In this document: positions 48,522 through 58,944 of the stretch, one piece after another
Layout: the number at the start of each line of letters is the position of its first letter
How positions within the stretch are numbered: the stretch's first letter is position 1
Translations under genes and position numbers: made by a program
The notes under the pieces: model-generated
What the model was told of the DNA's origin: nothing
Database searches by the model: none
The model's input: the letters and a program-made list of their open reading frames with translations, nothing else
Source: an uncultured Actinomycetes bacterium
Lineage (GTDB): Bacteria; Actinomycetota; Thermoleophilia; Gaiellales; Gaiellaceae
Reading direction: 5' to 3'
DNA: 64,000 nt
Assembly: GCA_963839745.1 (NCBI GenBank)
Contig: CAWIWC010000010.1
Location: forward strand, 508,410-572,409

Positions 48522-49388
48522 TCAGCGAGCGCGCGCGAGCTTGAAGAGCAGGCGCTCCGTCCAGGACGGGCGGCCGGGGTCGAAATGTCCCGTGGCCGCG
48601 CGGGCGTACGGCGCCCCGACGCGGCGGGCGTAGTCGACGAAGCCCTCGCGGCGAAGCGGCGCCCAGTCCTCGCGGTACGGCACGACGAGGTCGCGGCCCG
48701 CGACCTTCTTCGCGGAGAGCAGGAAGGCCATGCCCATGCCGACGGAGACCTCGAGGAGGGAGCCGCGCTCGCGCGCGGCCTCCTCGCGCAGCCCTCGGTA
48801 GAGGGCGGCCAGCTCGTCGGGGCCGGGGAGCCCGGAAGCGTCGTCGCGGAACTCGCCGAGGGTCGACCGCAGCTCCGCGAGCTCGAGCGGCGGGATGTCG
48901 ATCAGCCTCGCCGTGCGGCCGGAGGTGTTCTCGAGAGTCTCCAGGAGCTCGTCGACGGAACCGATCTCGCGCTCCTCGGCGAGCACGCCCGCGCTCTTCA
49001 GCTCGTCGACGAACGCGGTGAGGTAGACGCGGGAGCCGTGGGCGACGTCCGAGGCCGCCGCGAGCAGCCAGAGGGGCGAGAACCCGAAGGCCGCGATCGA
49101 GCCGAGCTCGACGACGTTGCCGGCCGCCTTGCGCTTCGTGATCTCCTTGGCGGAGACCTCCGGCGGCTCCCTCGGCGCGACGCGCCCGACGGCCTCGATC
49201 GCAATCCGCAGAGCGTTCTTCGCGGTCGCCTCGTAGAGCCGCGACTGCCTGACGAAGCGCGGGAGCAGCACCAGCGCGCTCTCGTGCACGACCCCGCCGA
49301 GCGCTCCCACGAGCGCCCGCACAGCCCGCTCAGGGAGCGAGAGCGCGTACCAGAGCCGATCAGCCGGATTTCGGTACGGTGCCGCCAT
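48522..49388 (-). CDS. Conserved hypothetical protein (288 aa)
   Basis: This is an intact ORF and I recognise no family. Its ATG shares a CATG tetranucleotide with the divergent PPIase start. Confidence 0.5.
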   Translation of the reverse strand: MAAPYRNPADRLWYALSLPERAVRALVGALGGVVHESALVLLPRFVRQSRLYEATAKNALRIAIEAVGRVAPREPPEVSAKEITKRKAAGNVVELGSIAAFGFSPLWLLAAASDVAHGSRVYLTAFVDELKSAGVLAEEREIGSVDELLETLENTSGRTARLIDIPPLELAELRSTLGEFRDDASGLPGPDELAALYRGLREEAARERGSLLEVSVGMGMAFLLSAKKVAGRDLVVPYREDWAPLRREGFVDYARRVGAPYARAATGHFDPGRPSWTERLLFKLARAR

Positions 49389-49848
49389 GACTCAAGCCAC
49401 GATCCACACTACACAGGGCGCCGTCTCGGTCGAGCTCTTCGACGAGGACGCCCCCAAGACGGTCGAGAACTTCACGAAGCTCGCAGGCGAGGGCTTCTAC
49501 GACGGCATCACCTTCCACCGCGTCATCCCCGACTTCATGGTCCAGGGCGGCTGCCCCCGCGGGGACGGCACGGGCGGGCCCGGCTACGAGTTCGAGGACG
49601 AGCAGAACCAGCACCGCGTCGTCCGGGGCGCCCTCGCGATGGCGAACCGCGGGCCGAACACGAACGGCAGCCAGTTCTTCATCGTCACGACGGAGGCCGC
49701 GCCGTGGCTCGACGGCAAGCACACGGTCTTCGGCCGCGTCACCGAGGGCATGGACGTCGTCGACGCCATGTCCGAGGCCCCGCGCGATGCGAACGACCGC
49801 CCGCGCGAGACGATCTCGATCGACCGGATCGACCTGCCCGCGGGCTAG
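49387..49848 (+). CDS. Cyclophilin-type peptidyl-prolyl cis-trans isomerase
   Basis: The 153-aa ORF reads [28 protein letters not shown] ... [19 protein letters not shown] ... [11 protein letters not shown]. Confidence 0.92.
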   Translation: MTQATIHTTQGAVSVELFDEDAPKTVENFTKLAGEGFYDGITFHRVIPDFMVQGGCPRGDGTGGPGYEFEDEQNQHRVVRGALAMANRGPNTNGSQFFIVTTEAAPWLDGKHTVFGRVTEGMDVVDAMSEAPRDANDRPRETISIDRIDLPAG

Positions 49849-52559
49849 GCCGCGCGGCCCTCTGGGGCCGCGTCTTCGAGGGCGAGGAAGACCTCTACGA
49901 CCTTCGGGTCGAACTGCGTGCCCGCCGCCTCCTCGAGGCGCCGGCGCGCTTCGGCCTCCGGCAGCCGCTTCCGGTACGCGCGGTCGCTCGTCATCGCGTG
50001 GTAGGCGTCGCAGACGAGGATCACGCGCGCCTCGAGCGGGATCTCCTCGCCGGCGAGGCCGTTGGGATAGCCGCTGCCGTCCCAGTGCTCGTGGCAGTGG
50101 AGAACGATCTCGCAGACCTCCTCGAGCCGCTCGATGGGCGCGAGGATGCGGGCTCCCAGCTCGGGGTGGAGCCGCACGATCTGCCACTCCTCGTCGTCGA
50201 GCGGGCCCGGCTTGGTCAGGATCGCCTCCGGGATTCCGATCTTCCCGATGTCGTGGAAGAGGGCGCCGAGCTCGAGTCGCTTCAGTGTCCGTGCGTCGAG
50301 GCCGAGCGCGCGGCCGACGTGCAGGGAGAGGTCGCTGATCCAGCGGGCGTGGGAAGACGTGTACTCGTCGTTCGCCTCGAGCGCGTTCGCGAGTGCCTCG
50401 ACCGTCGAGAGGAACGTGCGCTCGAGGCTCTCGAAGTTGGAGACGTTGGCGATCGCGAGCTTGACCTGGTGCGCGACGCCCGCCAGCAACCGCATGCTGC
50501 GATCGTCGAACGTGTCCTCCGGTCCGTCACCCCTGACGAGGATGCAGCCGATCCTGTCCGAGTCGATCCGCAAGGGGGCGATGGCGATCGGGGACTCTCC
50601 GAGATCCCGGCTTCCGCCCGCGACCGGGGTCGAGATCGTCTGGAACGGCTCGGCCCCTCCGAGGATCTCGCGCGCTCGTTCGTGCGGGAACGGGATCGAC
50701 CACAGGAGCGCGGCGTCCTCGGGCTCGAAGCCGACGAGCGCGCGGAGACGGAGATCCTCGCCGGCGCTCTCCTGGAGCCAGAGCGACGACCGTGGGCGAT
50801 GGAGCAGGCGCGCGGACAGCTCGACCGCGCGCTCGAGGACCTCGTCCAGCGACTCGGCGGCCGCCAGCTTGCGGCTGAAGTCGAGCAGCGCGTTGGCGAT
50901 CTCGAGCGAGTCCTTGGCCCTATGCGCCTCGAGACGCTCTGCCTCGTAGAGCCGCGCGTTCTCGACCGCGACGGAGGCGTGCCCGCCGAGCACCTCGAGG
51001 AGGCGCACGTCGTCCTCGTCGAACTGGCCCACGCCGAGCTTGGAGATCACGACTGCGCCGATCACGCGCGCGCCGTAGCGGAGCGGGACGGCGATCATCG
51101 ATTCGTCCACGTCGTCCGTGCCGGGAATCGTCTCCGCAAAATCGCAGTCGAGCGCGTTGTCGAGCAGGATCGACTCGCCGGTGCTCGCAGCCCGGCCCGT
51201 GATCCCCTCGCCGATCTTGCAGCGGAGCGCCTCGACGCTCTCCTCGGCGTACTCGTCGAGGTCGCCGCGCCAGGCGACGGGGATGAGGTCGTCGCCGTCG
51301 ACCACGTAGAGGCGGCAGCTGTGGTAGTCGACGAGCATCCGGAGCTCGTCCACGATCGTCTCGCCGATCTGGCGGACGTCGTTCAGCCGGTTCAGCTTTC
51401 CGGCAAGGCTCTGGAGCATCTTCAGGTGTGCGATCGAGCGGACGTCGCGACGAGCGGAGCCCGGCTCCGGGCGCTCGCCGCCGTGCTCCTCGAAGAGCAC
51501 TGCCTGGCTCTTGCCGCGGGCCTTGGCCGTCATCATCGCGATCTCTGCGCAGGCGACGAGCTCGCGAGGGTTCATCGCGTGCTCCGGGCCCTGCGCGATG
51601 CCGATCGAGACGGAGAGGCGGCCGGCGGGCTCGATGTCGGTCTCGGCCAGGCGGTCGGTGATCCTGCGTGCGAGGCCGAGGGCGTCGCCTGCGTCGCAGG
51701 AGGCCATGATCACGCCGAACTCCTCGCCGCCGAGGCGGCAGACGACGTCCGAGACGCGGACGGTGCTCTGGAGCACGTCGGCCAGCTGGAGGAGCACCTG
51801 GTCGCCGATGCCGTGCCCGTGGACGTCGTTGACGCGCTTGAAGTCGTCGATGTCGAGCATCAGGACCGCGATCGGATCGTGGGTTCTGCTCGCGCGGTTC
51901 AGCTCGGCGCGAAGGCGCTCGTGGAAGTAGCGGTGGTTGTAGAGGCCCGTGAGTGAGTCCGTCTGCGCCTGGAGCTCCAGCACGGCGCGCACCTGCGCGT
52001 TGTCGAGCGCGAGCGCGGCGGCGTCGCCGAAGCGCTTGGCGAGCTCGAACTCCTCCTCGGTGAACGTCGCACCCGGGCCGATGCGGTAGACGTTCAGGGC
52101 GCCCTTGACGGTTCCGCGGGCGACGAGGGGCACCGAGATGAGCGCCTCCTGCTCGTCCACGGGCGTCCCGGGGACGGTCTTGACGCGCGGGTCCAGGCGA
52201 GCGTCGTTGACGAGCTGCGGCTCGAGATGGTCGATCGCCCAGCCGGTGATGCCCTCACCGAGGAGCGGCCGTGAGCTCATGACCTCCTCGGCCCAGCGGT
52301 CGCGCGCCATGACCGGGATGAGAACCCGCCGCGCCTCGTCCGCCTGGTAGATCGTGAAGGCGTCGTACGGGATGACGTCGGCGAGGCTGTCGGCGATGCG
52401 CTCGAGCACCGTCGTGTGCGTCTGCTCCGAGAGCACCTCGTGGAAGACGTCCGCGAGACGACGGTAGGAGTCGACGAGCGCGTCCGGGCGCACGGGCGAC
52501 TCCGGGTCGGTCGCCTCGACCGCCTCGAACAACGGGCTTTTCACCTCTCTGAGTTCCAC
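49845..52559 (-). CDS. Multidomain c-di-GMP signalling protein: GAF - GGDEF (GGEEF) - GAF - GAF - HD-GYP
   Basis: The 904-aa intact ORF has [13 protein letters not shown]...[11 protein letters not shown] (an active-site-type GGDEF domain). The C-terminal HARWISDLS...[13 protein letters not shown]...[15 protein letters not shown] is HD-GYP. Confidence 0.88.
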   Translation of the reverse strand: MELREVKSPLFEAVEATDPESPVRPDALVDSYRRLADVFHEVLSEQTHTTVLERIADSLADVIPYDAFTIYQADEARRVLIPVMARDRWAEEVMSSRPLLGEGITGWAIDHLEPQLVNDARLDPRVKTVPGTPVDEQEALISVPLVARGTVKGALNVYRIGPGATFTEEEFELAKRFGDAAALALDNAQVRAVLELQAQTDSLTGLYNHRYFHERLRAELNRASRTHDPIAVLMLDIDDFKRVNDVHGHGIGDQVLLQLADVLQSTVRVSDVVCRLGGEEFGVIMASCDAGDALGLARRITDRLAETDIEPAGRLSVSIGIAQGPEHAMNPRELVACAEIAMMTAKARGKSQAVLFEEHGGERPEPGSARRDVRSIAHLKMLQSLAGKLNRLNDVRQIGETIVDELRMLVDYHSCRLYVVDGDDLIPVAWRGDLDEYAEESVEALRCKIGEGITGRAASTGESILLDNALDCDFAETIPGTDDVDESMIAVPLRYGARVIGAVVISKLGVGQFDEDDVRLLEVLGGHASVAVENARLYEAERLEAHRAKDSLEIANALLDFSRKLAAAESLDEVLERAVELSARLLHRPRSSLWLQESAGEDLRLRALVGFEPEDAALLWSIPFPHERAREILGGAEPFQTISTPVAGGSRDLGESPIAIAPLRIDSDRIGCILVRGDGPEDTFDDRSMRLLAGVAHQVKLAIANVSNFESLERTFLSTVEALANALEANDEYTSSHARWISDLSLHVGRALGLDARTLKRLELGALFHDIGKIGIPEAILTKPGPLDDEEWQIVRLHPELGARILAPIERLEEVCEIVLHCHEHWDGSGYPNGLAGEEIPLEARVILVCDAYHAMTSDRAYRKRLPEAEARRRLEEAAGTQFDPKVVEVFLALEDAAPEGRAA

Positions 52560-52737
52560 GCGGCCGCAGCCACCTCCTCTTCGGGGCCCTACGCCGGAGG
52601 CCCAGGGACAAATTCAACCCTTCTTGCGTAGCGGCCAACCTCCCTCCAAAGGGTGATTCGGCGCTGAGGCGCGCCTTGCCTCCCAGGGGTGCTTGAAGCA
52701 TGATGGTGGCCTTCGCCCGGCATTGAAGGAGGTAGTG

Positions 52738-52986
52738 GTGCCCCATCACTGGTGGCTCATCGAAGGCGACAACCCAGGGCCCAGGCAGCGCGCGGCCGCC
52801 GTCAAGAAGGCGGTGGACGACCTGCCGAACGTCGAGTGTAACTTCGTCGGCCGTGAGGCCAACAGCAACCGCTGGTACGCGCTGGTCTGGGTGGATCCGG
52901 GCGCCCCGGCGGACGAACTGCGGACTGCGAAGCAGGGGATCAAGGTCAGGCGCTCGCTGAAGGTCCTCGAATCGTTCGACGACTAG
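52738..52986 (+). CDS. Small protein of unknown family, 'VPHHWWLI' paralog 1 (82 aa)
   Basis: The GTG at 52738 follows GAAGGAGG. The sequence is VPHHWWLIEGDNPGPRQRAAAVKKAV...RWYALVWVD. It is a paralog of the next gene. Confidence 0.55.
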   Translation: MPHHWWLIEGDNPGPRQRAAAVKKAVDDLPNVECNFVGREANSNRWYALVWVDPGAPADELRTAKQGIKVRRSLKVLESFDD

Positions 52987-53001
52987 CCGGGAGGTGTCCA
53001 A

Positions 53002-53265
53002 GTGCCCCACCACTGGTGGCTGATCGATCCGGACAATCCGGGGCCCAAGCAGCGGGCCAAGGCTGTCCGCAAGGCGGCTCGTGAGTACGGCTGCGAGGTT
53101 GTGTTCGTCGGCCGGACCCGGAAGAACACCTGGTTCGCGCTCGTCAACGTCGAGGATCCCGATCGGGAGGACGAGGTCTACAAGGCGGTCGGCGGGCGGG
53201 GCAAGCTCTTCGATCTCGAGGGCTTCGAGCCGGAGGAGAAGAAGAAGGGCCGAGCCGGAGAGTAG
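53002..53265 (+). CDS. Small protein of unknown family, 'VPHHWWLI' paralog 2 (87 aa)
   Basis: The GTG at 53002 follows GGGAGG. The sequence is VPHHWWLIDPDNPGPKQRAKAVRKAA...TWFALVNVE, with a Lys/Glu-rich tail. Confidence 0.55.
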   Translation: MPHHWWLIDPDNPGPKQRAKAVRKAAREYGCEVVFVGRTRKNTWFALVNVEDPDREDEVYKAVGGRGKLFDLEGFEPEEKKKGRAGE

Positions 53266-53273
53266 TCCGGCGC

Positions 53274-56200
53274 CTATTCCACCGCGCTGAGGCTGGAAGC
53301 AGCCCCGACGTCGCGATAGAAGGCGTTGGCCTGGCGGCGCTCGCGGTCGGCATCGTCCGCGAGCTCCGCTGCCTCCAACTCGGCGGCGGCGCGCGAGCGC
53401 GCAAACGCTTCGTCCGGAAGGGAGCCGATCCGCGCGAAGAGCCCGGCGGCGGCCGGCCAGTCGCCGTTCCCGGCCGCGAGCGCGGCCTCGAGCCAGCGTG
53501 TCTGGGTGCGGACGCGGCTCAGCGCCTCGAGGAGCTCGTCGCCGCGATCCAGGCGGGTGAGGGCGAACGCAAGGTCCGGTAGCCAGAACGAGGCGAGCGA
53601 CGTCCCGCCGCCCTCCTCGAGCCAGAGCGCGAGCAGCTCGTCGGCGGCCTCCAACGCTGCGTCTCCCTGCCCGGCTTCGCCGCGGGCGTGAGCGTCGAAC
53701 GCGAGCACGGGGAAGAGGAGCTGCGGCGCCCCGACGGACCGTGCGACGCCGAGCGCCCTCTCGACGCTGTCGAGAGCCGCCCCGGCGCCCTCGCGCGCCA
53801 GCTGGATCTTCGCGCGGATCAGCAGGGCGTCGACCTCGTACAGCGATCCGAGCCCGCTCTCGCCGTCGACGAGCATGCCGTCGCCGAGCTCGAGGGCGCG
53901 ATCCCAGTTCCCGCGCCAGTAGTGCTCGAACATCCGCTCGACCTCCAGCCAGCGCAGCGCGAGCGCGTCGCCGAAGCGCTCGGCCGCGCGGCGGGCCTCG
54001 GCGTACAGCTCGAACGCGCGCGTGAGGTCGCCGAGGTCGGCCGTGATCGAGGCGAGGTTGTTGTAGCCGCGCGCGACCTGCGGCGAATTCGCGAGCGCAG
54101 CGACCTCGACGCTCTCTCGCAGGTCGTCCAGGCCGTCGAGGTCTCCCGTCATGACCCGCGAGAACCCCCGCGTGCTGAGCGTGTGGGCGCGAAAGTCGTC
54201 CAGCTCCAGCTCGTCGGCCATGCGGTGCGCCTCGCCCGCCGCGCTTGAGGCCTTCTCGGCCTCGTCGGCGGCCAGGTGGAAGTGCGCGCGGCTTGCGAGG
54301 ACGCGCACCTTCGACCGCGACGGCGGCCGGTCGGCGAGCAGCGCCACCGCGTGCTCGAAGTGCGACTGTGCCTCCTCGCGGCGTCCCTGGGCGATCATCA
54401 AGAGGTCGGCGAGGAGCACCTCCGCCTCGGCCGCGAGCTCGAGCTCGCCGGCCTCGAGCAGCGCGCGGGCGGCCTCCTCGAGGACGTCGGCGCCGGTCTG
54501 CTCCGCGCGGAAGAGCGCCTGTCCGTAGCGCAGGAGAAGCGGCGGTCGCTCGGAGTCGTCCTCGGGCCAGGACGCCAGCGCCTCGCGGTAGAAGCGCACC
54601 GCCGGTGCGTAGGCGGAGAGCGCGAGGGCCCGGTCGCCCGCCTCGGCGAGCGCGATGCGTGCCCGCTCGGGAAGGTCGCCGAGCCCACGGCCGGCCGCGC
54701 GCGCGAACTGGAGCGCGCTCAGATAGTGGTGCGCAATCATGTCCGCGATGTCCTCGGCGCGGTCGCCCGCGAGCGACTCGAGCCAGCCGGCCGTGCGGCG
54801 GTGCAGCTCGGCGCGCCGCGGCCGCGGGATCTGCCCGTAGGCGACATCCCGGACGAGCACGTGGCGGAAGACGAACGCGGTCTCGCCGGCGACGGACGAG
54901 CGGCGCTCGCGCCGCACGAATTCCTTGCGCTCGAGCCGCTGGAGGCCCACCTCGACCTCCGGAGGCGGCCGGTCGCTCACTGCGGCGAGCGCGCCGACCC
55001 AGAAGACCTTCCCCACGACGGCCGCGTCCTGCACGAGGGCCTTCTCCTCGCCCGCGAGGGTGTCCAGGCGGGCGGCGATGATGCCCTGGACCGTCTCCGG
55101 GAGCGGCAGGTCGGCGTCCGCACCCGTCTCGGCCAGCATGCGGACGAATTCCTCCGCGTAGAGCGGGTTGCCGCCCGCATGCGCCAGCAGCTCATCGACG
55201 CGCGCCTGCGGGACCGAGCGCTCGGCGAGGAGCGCCTGCAGGAGCTGCTCGATGTCGGAGTCCGAGAGCGGCGAGAGGGAGACGGTGAGCGCGCTGCGCT
55301 TGCCGCCGCCCCAGCCGGGGCGGCGTTCGACGAGCTCGGGGCGGGCGGTGCAGACGACGAGGATGGGAACGTCCGTGGCCCAGTCGACCAGGTGGTCGAC
55401 GAAGTCGAGGAGCCCGTCGTCGGCCCAGTGGAGGTCCTCGAAGACCAGAACGAGCGGCCGTGTCTCGGCGAGCGCCTCGAAGAAGCGGCGCCACGCCGCG
55501 AAGGCCTCGCGGCGGAGGTCGCCGCCCACCTCCTCGGGGCCTTCCAGGCCGACCAGCGGGCCGAGGTGCTCGTCCACCCACTGCGCCTCGACCTCGTCGT
55601 GCACGACCGTCGTGACCGCCGTCCCGAGCTTGGCGGCCGCCTCGTCGGAGGAGTCGGACTCGAGAATGCCTGCCTGCGCCTTGACCATCTCCCCGAGCGC
55701 CCAGAAGCTCACGCCCTCCCCGTACGGCAGCGAGCGGCCCTGGCGCCAGTTGGCGAAGACCTCGGGGTCGTCGTCGAGGGCCGCGTAGAGCTCGAACAGG
55801 AGTCGGCTCTTACCGATGCCGGGCGCGCCGACGAGGGTGACGAGCTGGGGCGCACGCTCGCGCTCGGAGCGGGCCAGCGCGTCCCGGAGGAGGCGCAGCT
55901 CCTGCTCCCGCCCGATCAGCTCGGCGCCGCCGCGGAAGGCGATGTCGACACCCAGCCGGTTTCGGGGCGCGACCACCTCCCAGACGCGGATCGGCTCGGT
56001 CTTGCCCTTGGCGGCGACCGGCTCGGCGTCGCGGTACTCGATCACATTCGAGGTCGCCCGGTAGGTGGACTCGTCGACGAGGATCCCGTCCACCGGCGCC
56101 GCGGACTGAAGGCGGGAGCACGTGTTGACGATGTCTCCGGCGGCCATCCCCTCGCCCTCGCTCGGGCGGGCGGAGAGCGCGATCATGGCCTCGCCGGTCG

Positions 56201-56693
56201 TGACGCCGATGCGGACGTGGAGGCCGAGGGCGGGATCGGCCGCGTTGAGCTCGCCGATCGCCTCGCGGACCGCGATCGCAGCGCGCACGCCGCGCTCGGG
56301 GTCGTCCTCGTGGGCCAGCGGGGCGCCGAAGAGCGCCACGACCGCGTCGCCGATGAACTTCTCCACGGTGCCGCCGTAGCTCTCGAGCTCGGTCTTCAGG
56401 CGGGCGTGGTACGGCGCCAGCATCCGGCGCACGTCCTCGGGGTCGAGCTGCTCGGCGCGGCCGGTGAAGCCGACGAGGTCGGCGAAGAGCACCGTGACGA
56501 CCTTGCGCTCCTCGAGGATCGGCGGCTGGTTCTCGCCGGGCTCGAAGGCGGCCCCGCACGCGGTACAGAAGGGCAGGCCGAGAGCCACGACCTCGCCGCA
56601 CGTCCCGCAGGCGCGCCCGAGCTGGAGGCCGCAGCTCCCGCAGAACAGCGCGCCGGGGCGGTTCTCGAAGCTACAAGACGCACATTCGGCCAT
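53274..56693 (-). CDS. Zinc-ribbon + class III adenylate/guanylate cyclase + AAA/STAND ATPase + TPR-like repeat protein (canonical order, intact)
   Basis: I chose the ATG at 56693. Domain evidence, in order:
- zinc ribbon: CASCSFENRPGALFCGSCG...CGTCGEVV...FCTACG;
- cyclase: VTVLFADLVGFTGRAE...EKFIGDAVVALFGAP...GDIVNTCSRLQ;
- Walker A: GAPGIGKSRLLFEL;
- Walker B: LVLVFEDLHWAD;
- a long helical repeat C-terminus. Confidence 0.88.
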   Translation of the reverse strand: MAECASCSFENRPGALFCGSCGLQLGRACGTCGEVVALGLPFCTACGAAFEPGENQPPILEERKVVTVLFADLVGFTGRAEQLDPEDVRRMLAPYHARLKTELESYGGTVEKFIGDAVVALFGAPLAHEDDPERGVRAAIAVREAIGELNAADPALGLHVRIGVTTGEAMIALSARPSEGEGMAAGDIVNTCSRLQSAAPVDGILVDESTYRATSNVIEYRDAEPVAAKGKTEPIRVWEVVAPRNRLGVDIAFRGGAELIGREQELRLLRDALARSERERAPQLVTLVGAPGIGKSRLLFELYAALDDDPEVFANWRQGRSLPYGEGVSFWALGEMVKAQAGILESDSSDEAAAKLGTAVTTVVHDEVEAQWVDEHLGPLVGLEGPEEVGGDLRREAFAAWRRFFEALAETRPLVLVFEDLHWADDGLLDFVDHLVDWATDVPILVVCTARPELVERRPGWGGGKRSALTVSLSPLSDSDIEQLLQALLAERSVPQARVDELLAHAGGNPLYAEEFVRMLAETGADADLPLPETVQGIIAARLDTLAGEEKALVQDAAVVGKVFWVGALAAVSDRPPPEVEVGLQRLERKEFVRRERRSSVAGETAFVFRHVLVRDVAYGQIPRPRRAELHRRTAGWLESLAGDRAEDIADMIAHHYLSALQFARAAGRGLGDLPERARIALAEAGDRALALSAYAPAVRFYREALASWPEDDSERPPLLLRYGQALFRAEQTGADVLEEAARALLEAGELELAAEAEVLLADLLMIAQGRREEAQSHFEHAVALLADRPPSRSKVRVLASRAHFHLAADEAEKASSAAGEAHRMADELELDDFRAHTLSTRGFSRVMTGDLDGLDDLRESVEVAALANSPQVARGYNNLASITADLGDLTRAFELYAEARRAAERFGDALALRWLEVERMFEHYWRGNWDRALELGDGMLVDGESGLGSLYEVDALLIRAKIQLAREGAGAALDSVERALGVARSVGAPQLLFPVLAFDAHARGEAGQGDAALEAADELLALWLEEGGGTSLASFWLPDLAFALTRLDRGDELLEALSRVRTQTRWLEAALAAGNGDWPAAAGLFARIGSLPDEAFARSRAAAELEAAELADDADRERRQANAFYRDVGAASSLSAVE

Positions 56694-57654
56694 GACGCGA
56701 ACTAGTGTAGGGAGGTTGCAGGCCGAGAACGCGCCGCGCCCCGGTCTCGCCGAGGTCATCGCCGTGTGGACGGGCTTCGGCCTCCTCGCGCTGGCGATTC
56801 TCGTCACGTACGCACGCCTGCCGCTCGACGAGCTCTACAACGTCAGCGGGACCGGTTTCGAGGCCGGCGCGGGCCGTGTGCTCGTCTTCGCCGGCTTTCC
56901 GACCGCGCTCGTGGCCATTGCGGTCCTGGCCGTCGTCGTCGACCGGCTGCGGACGCGGTGGGTGTCCGCCTTGGCCGTCGTCGCCGCCGTCCTCTGCGCC
57001 ACCGTCGCCTGGCCGGGCGTCGTCGAGCAGGGCGACCTCGACGCGAAGCCGGCGAACGCGTTCGCCGCCGTGGGCACGCTCATCGCGCTCGCCCTCACGA
57101 TCCTCGCGCTCACGCGGGGCGGGATCGGCTACCGGCGGCCCTTCGGGGGCGGCTGGGACATCGCACGTCTCGTCCTGGCGATCGTCGTCGTGCTCGCCGC
57201 GATCCCGTGGATCGCCGCGGATCTGGGCTTCTACCTCGACGACGTCCCCGGGCTCGGGTCGGTCTTCCTCACGGGTGTCCTCCGGCCGGAGCCGGGCCAT
57301 CCGACGCTCACCGCCGTCCATCTGGGCCATCACCACGGCTTCGACGGGACGATCCTGGCGCTCTCCGCGATTCTGCTCTCCCGCACGGTCTGCATGCTGC
57401 GTTCCGGCTTCCTGCGCACCGGGTATCGGTTCTACGTGTCGCTGATGCTCGTCTACGGCCTCGCGAACGCGCTCCAGGACTTCTGGCTCGAGCAGCTCGT
57501 GAAGCGCGGAGCGACCTCGCTCGAGATTCCGACCCTCACGGTCCCGGACGCCTCGCCGGCCTGGGCGGCGCTTCTTGCAGCGGCTCTCCTCATCCACTTG
57601 GCAGCCGGGCGCGTAGAAAGGTTGGAAACGTCATCCCAGGAAGGAGTCCCATGA
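56692..57654 (+). CDS. Polytopic membrane protein, function unknown (start uncertain)
   Basis: This is the frame of ORF 56464..57654. The first ATG (56692) overlaps the divergent cyclase start (CATG), and later GTG starts are possible. The protein has ~8 hydrophobic helices and the motif HLGHHHGFDG. Confidence 0.5.
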   Translation: MTRTSVGRLQAENAPRPGLAEVIAVWTGFGLLALAILVTYARLPLDELYNVSGTGFEAGAGRVLVFAGFPTALVAIAVLAVVVDRLRTRWVSALAVVAAVLCATVAWPGVVEQGDLDAKPANAFAAVGTLIALALTILALTRGGIGYRRPFGGGWDIARLVLAIVVVLAAIPWIAADLGFYLDDVPGLGSVFLTGVLRPEPGHPTLTAVHLGHHHGFDGTILALSAILLSRTVCMLRSGFLRTGYRFYVSLMLVYGLANALQDFWLEQLVKRGATSLEIPTLTVPDASPAWAALLAAALLIHLAAGRVERLETSSQEGVP

Positions 57655-58079
57655 CACGTCGCTTTCTGCTGGTCTTGCTGACCGCCCTCGCGCTGGTCGT
57701 GGCCGTAGCGGCCTGCGGAGGAGACGACGACGACGAAGGCTCGGAGGAGCCGGCCGCCGAGGAGACCACGACCGAGGACACCGGAGGCGGGGGAGATGCC
57801 GGCACCATCATGCTCGCCGCCGATCCCGGTGGAGACCTCGCGTTCGACCAGACCGAGCTCACCGCCGCCGCCGGCGAGGTCACGATCGAGCTCATGAACG
57901 AGTCCGGGATCCCGCACAACGTCGAGGTCGAGGGGAACGGAGTCGAGGAGGTCAGCGAAACGATCACCGAGGGCTCGACGTCGCTCACGTTGACCCTGGA
58001 GCCCGGCGAGTACGAGTTCTACTGCGCCGTGCCCGGTCACCGCGAAGGTGGCATGGAGGGAACGCTCACCGTCGAGTAG
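57651..58079 (+). CDS. Cupredoxin (plastocyanin/azurin-like) blue-copper lipoprotein
   Basis: The ATG at 57651 follows GGAAGGAG. A signal peptide with a lipobox is present (LLTALALVVAVAAC). The type-1 Cu ligands are PHNVEV...YCAVPGHREGGMEG. The start overlaps the upstream stop (ATGA). Confidence 0.8.
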   Translation: MTRRFLLVLLTALALVVAVAACGGDDDDEGSEEPAAEETTTEDTGGGGDAGTIMLAADPGGDLAFDQTELTAAAGEVTIELMNESGIPHNVEVEGNGVEEVSETITEGSTSLTLTLEPGEYEFYCAVPGHREGGMEGTLTVE

Positions 58080-58089
58080 CGTCCCTCGA

Positions 58090-58944
58090 GTGCAGCTCCT
58101 CGACCTCGAGCATCTCGGCCGCAAGCGTGTCATCGCCTCGTACCTCCACGCGGGCGCCGAGCCCGCGCTGGTGGACTGCGGGCCCGCGAGCTGCCTGGAG
58201 ACGCTCCGCGCCGGTCTGGCGGAGCACGGGCTCGAGGTCGGGGACCTGCGTCATCTCGTCCTCACGCACATCCACCTCGACCATGCAGGGGCTGCGGGCA
58301 GCCTCGTCCGGGAGAACCCCGGCCTCGTCGTGCACGTCAGCGAGATCGGAGCGCCGCACCTGGTCGAGCCGGAGCGGCTCGAGCGCAGCGCCCGCCGCCT
58401 GTACGGCGAGGACTTCGACCGCCTCTGGGGCCCGCTCCTGCCCGTCCCGGCCGAGAACGTGAACATCGTGGGCGACAGGGTGCTCGACTTCGAGGCCTTT
58501 CCGACGCCGGGGCACGCGTCGCACCACGTCTCGTTCCTCGCGCCGGACGGCTCGTGCCTGGTCGGGGACGCCGCGGGCGTGCGGATCCCGCCCTCCCGCT
58601 GGCTCGCCCCCGTCTCGCCGCCGCCGGACATCGACGTCGAGGCCTGGGAGACGACGCTGGACGCCATCGAGGAGCGCAGGCCCGCCCGGCTGTTGCTGCC
58701 GCACTTCGGCGTCGCCGACGACCCCGAGCGGCACCTCGCCGACATGCGCAGCGCGCTACGCACGTGGGCCGAGCGCGCCCGGGAAGGCTCCGAGGAGGAG
58801 TTCGTCCGGGCGGCGGAGGCGGACCTGCTCGCGGAGGCCGACCCGGAGACCGCCGCCGTCTTCCAGCAGGCGGGGCCGTTCTGGCAGTCCTACGCGGGCC
58901 TCAGGCGCTACTGGGACAAGCGAAGCGAAACGGCGGCCGCATGA
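58090..58944 (+). CDS. MBL-fold metallo-hydrolase
   Basis: The start is the GTG at 58090. The motifs LVLTHIHLDHAGAAG (HxHxDH) and TPGHASHH are present. Confidence 0.8.
   Translation: MQLLDLEHLGRKRVIASYLHAGAEPALVDCGPASCLETLRAGLAEHGLEVGDLRHLVLTHIHLDHAGAAGSLVRENPGLVVHVSEIGAPHLVEPERLERSARRLYGEDFDRLWGPLLPVPAENVNIVGDRVLDFEAFPTPGHASHHVSFLAPDGSCLVGDAAGVRIPPSRWLAPVSPPPDIDVEAWETTLDAIEERRPARLLLPHFGVADDPERHLADMRSALRTWAERAREGSEEEFVRAAEADLLAEADPETAAVFQQAGPFWQSYAGLRRYWDKRSETAAA

Noticed and set aside
48585-51956. Very long ORFs antisense or out of frame to recognisable genes. Examples are 48585..51956 (+, 1123 aa), 54276..56705 (+, 809 aa), 31585..33630 (+), 33564..35495 (-), 60516..63011 (-), 29945..33277 (-), 43109..45112 (+) and 39279..40847 (+).
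   Set aside because: Their Arg/Ala/Gly/Pro/Asp-rich, domain-less composition is typical of shadow ORFs in very GC-rich DNA. In every case another frame or strand at the same place encodes a protein with clear family motifs.
56464-56691. The N-terminal 76 codons of ORF 56464..57654, and the extension of the cyclase ORF to 56807.
   Set aside because: Both extensions lie inside the coding region of the divergent neighbour and translate to low-complexity sequence. The zinc-ribbon start (MAECASCSF, 56693) and the first hydrophobic region of the membrane protein argue for the shorter versions.
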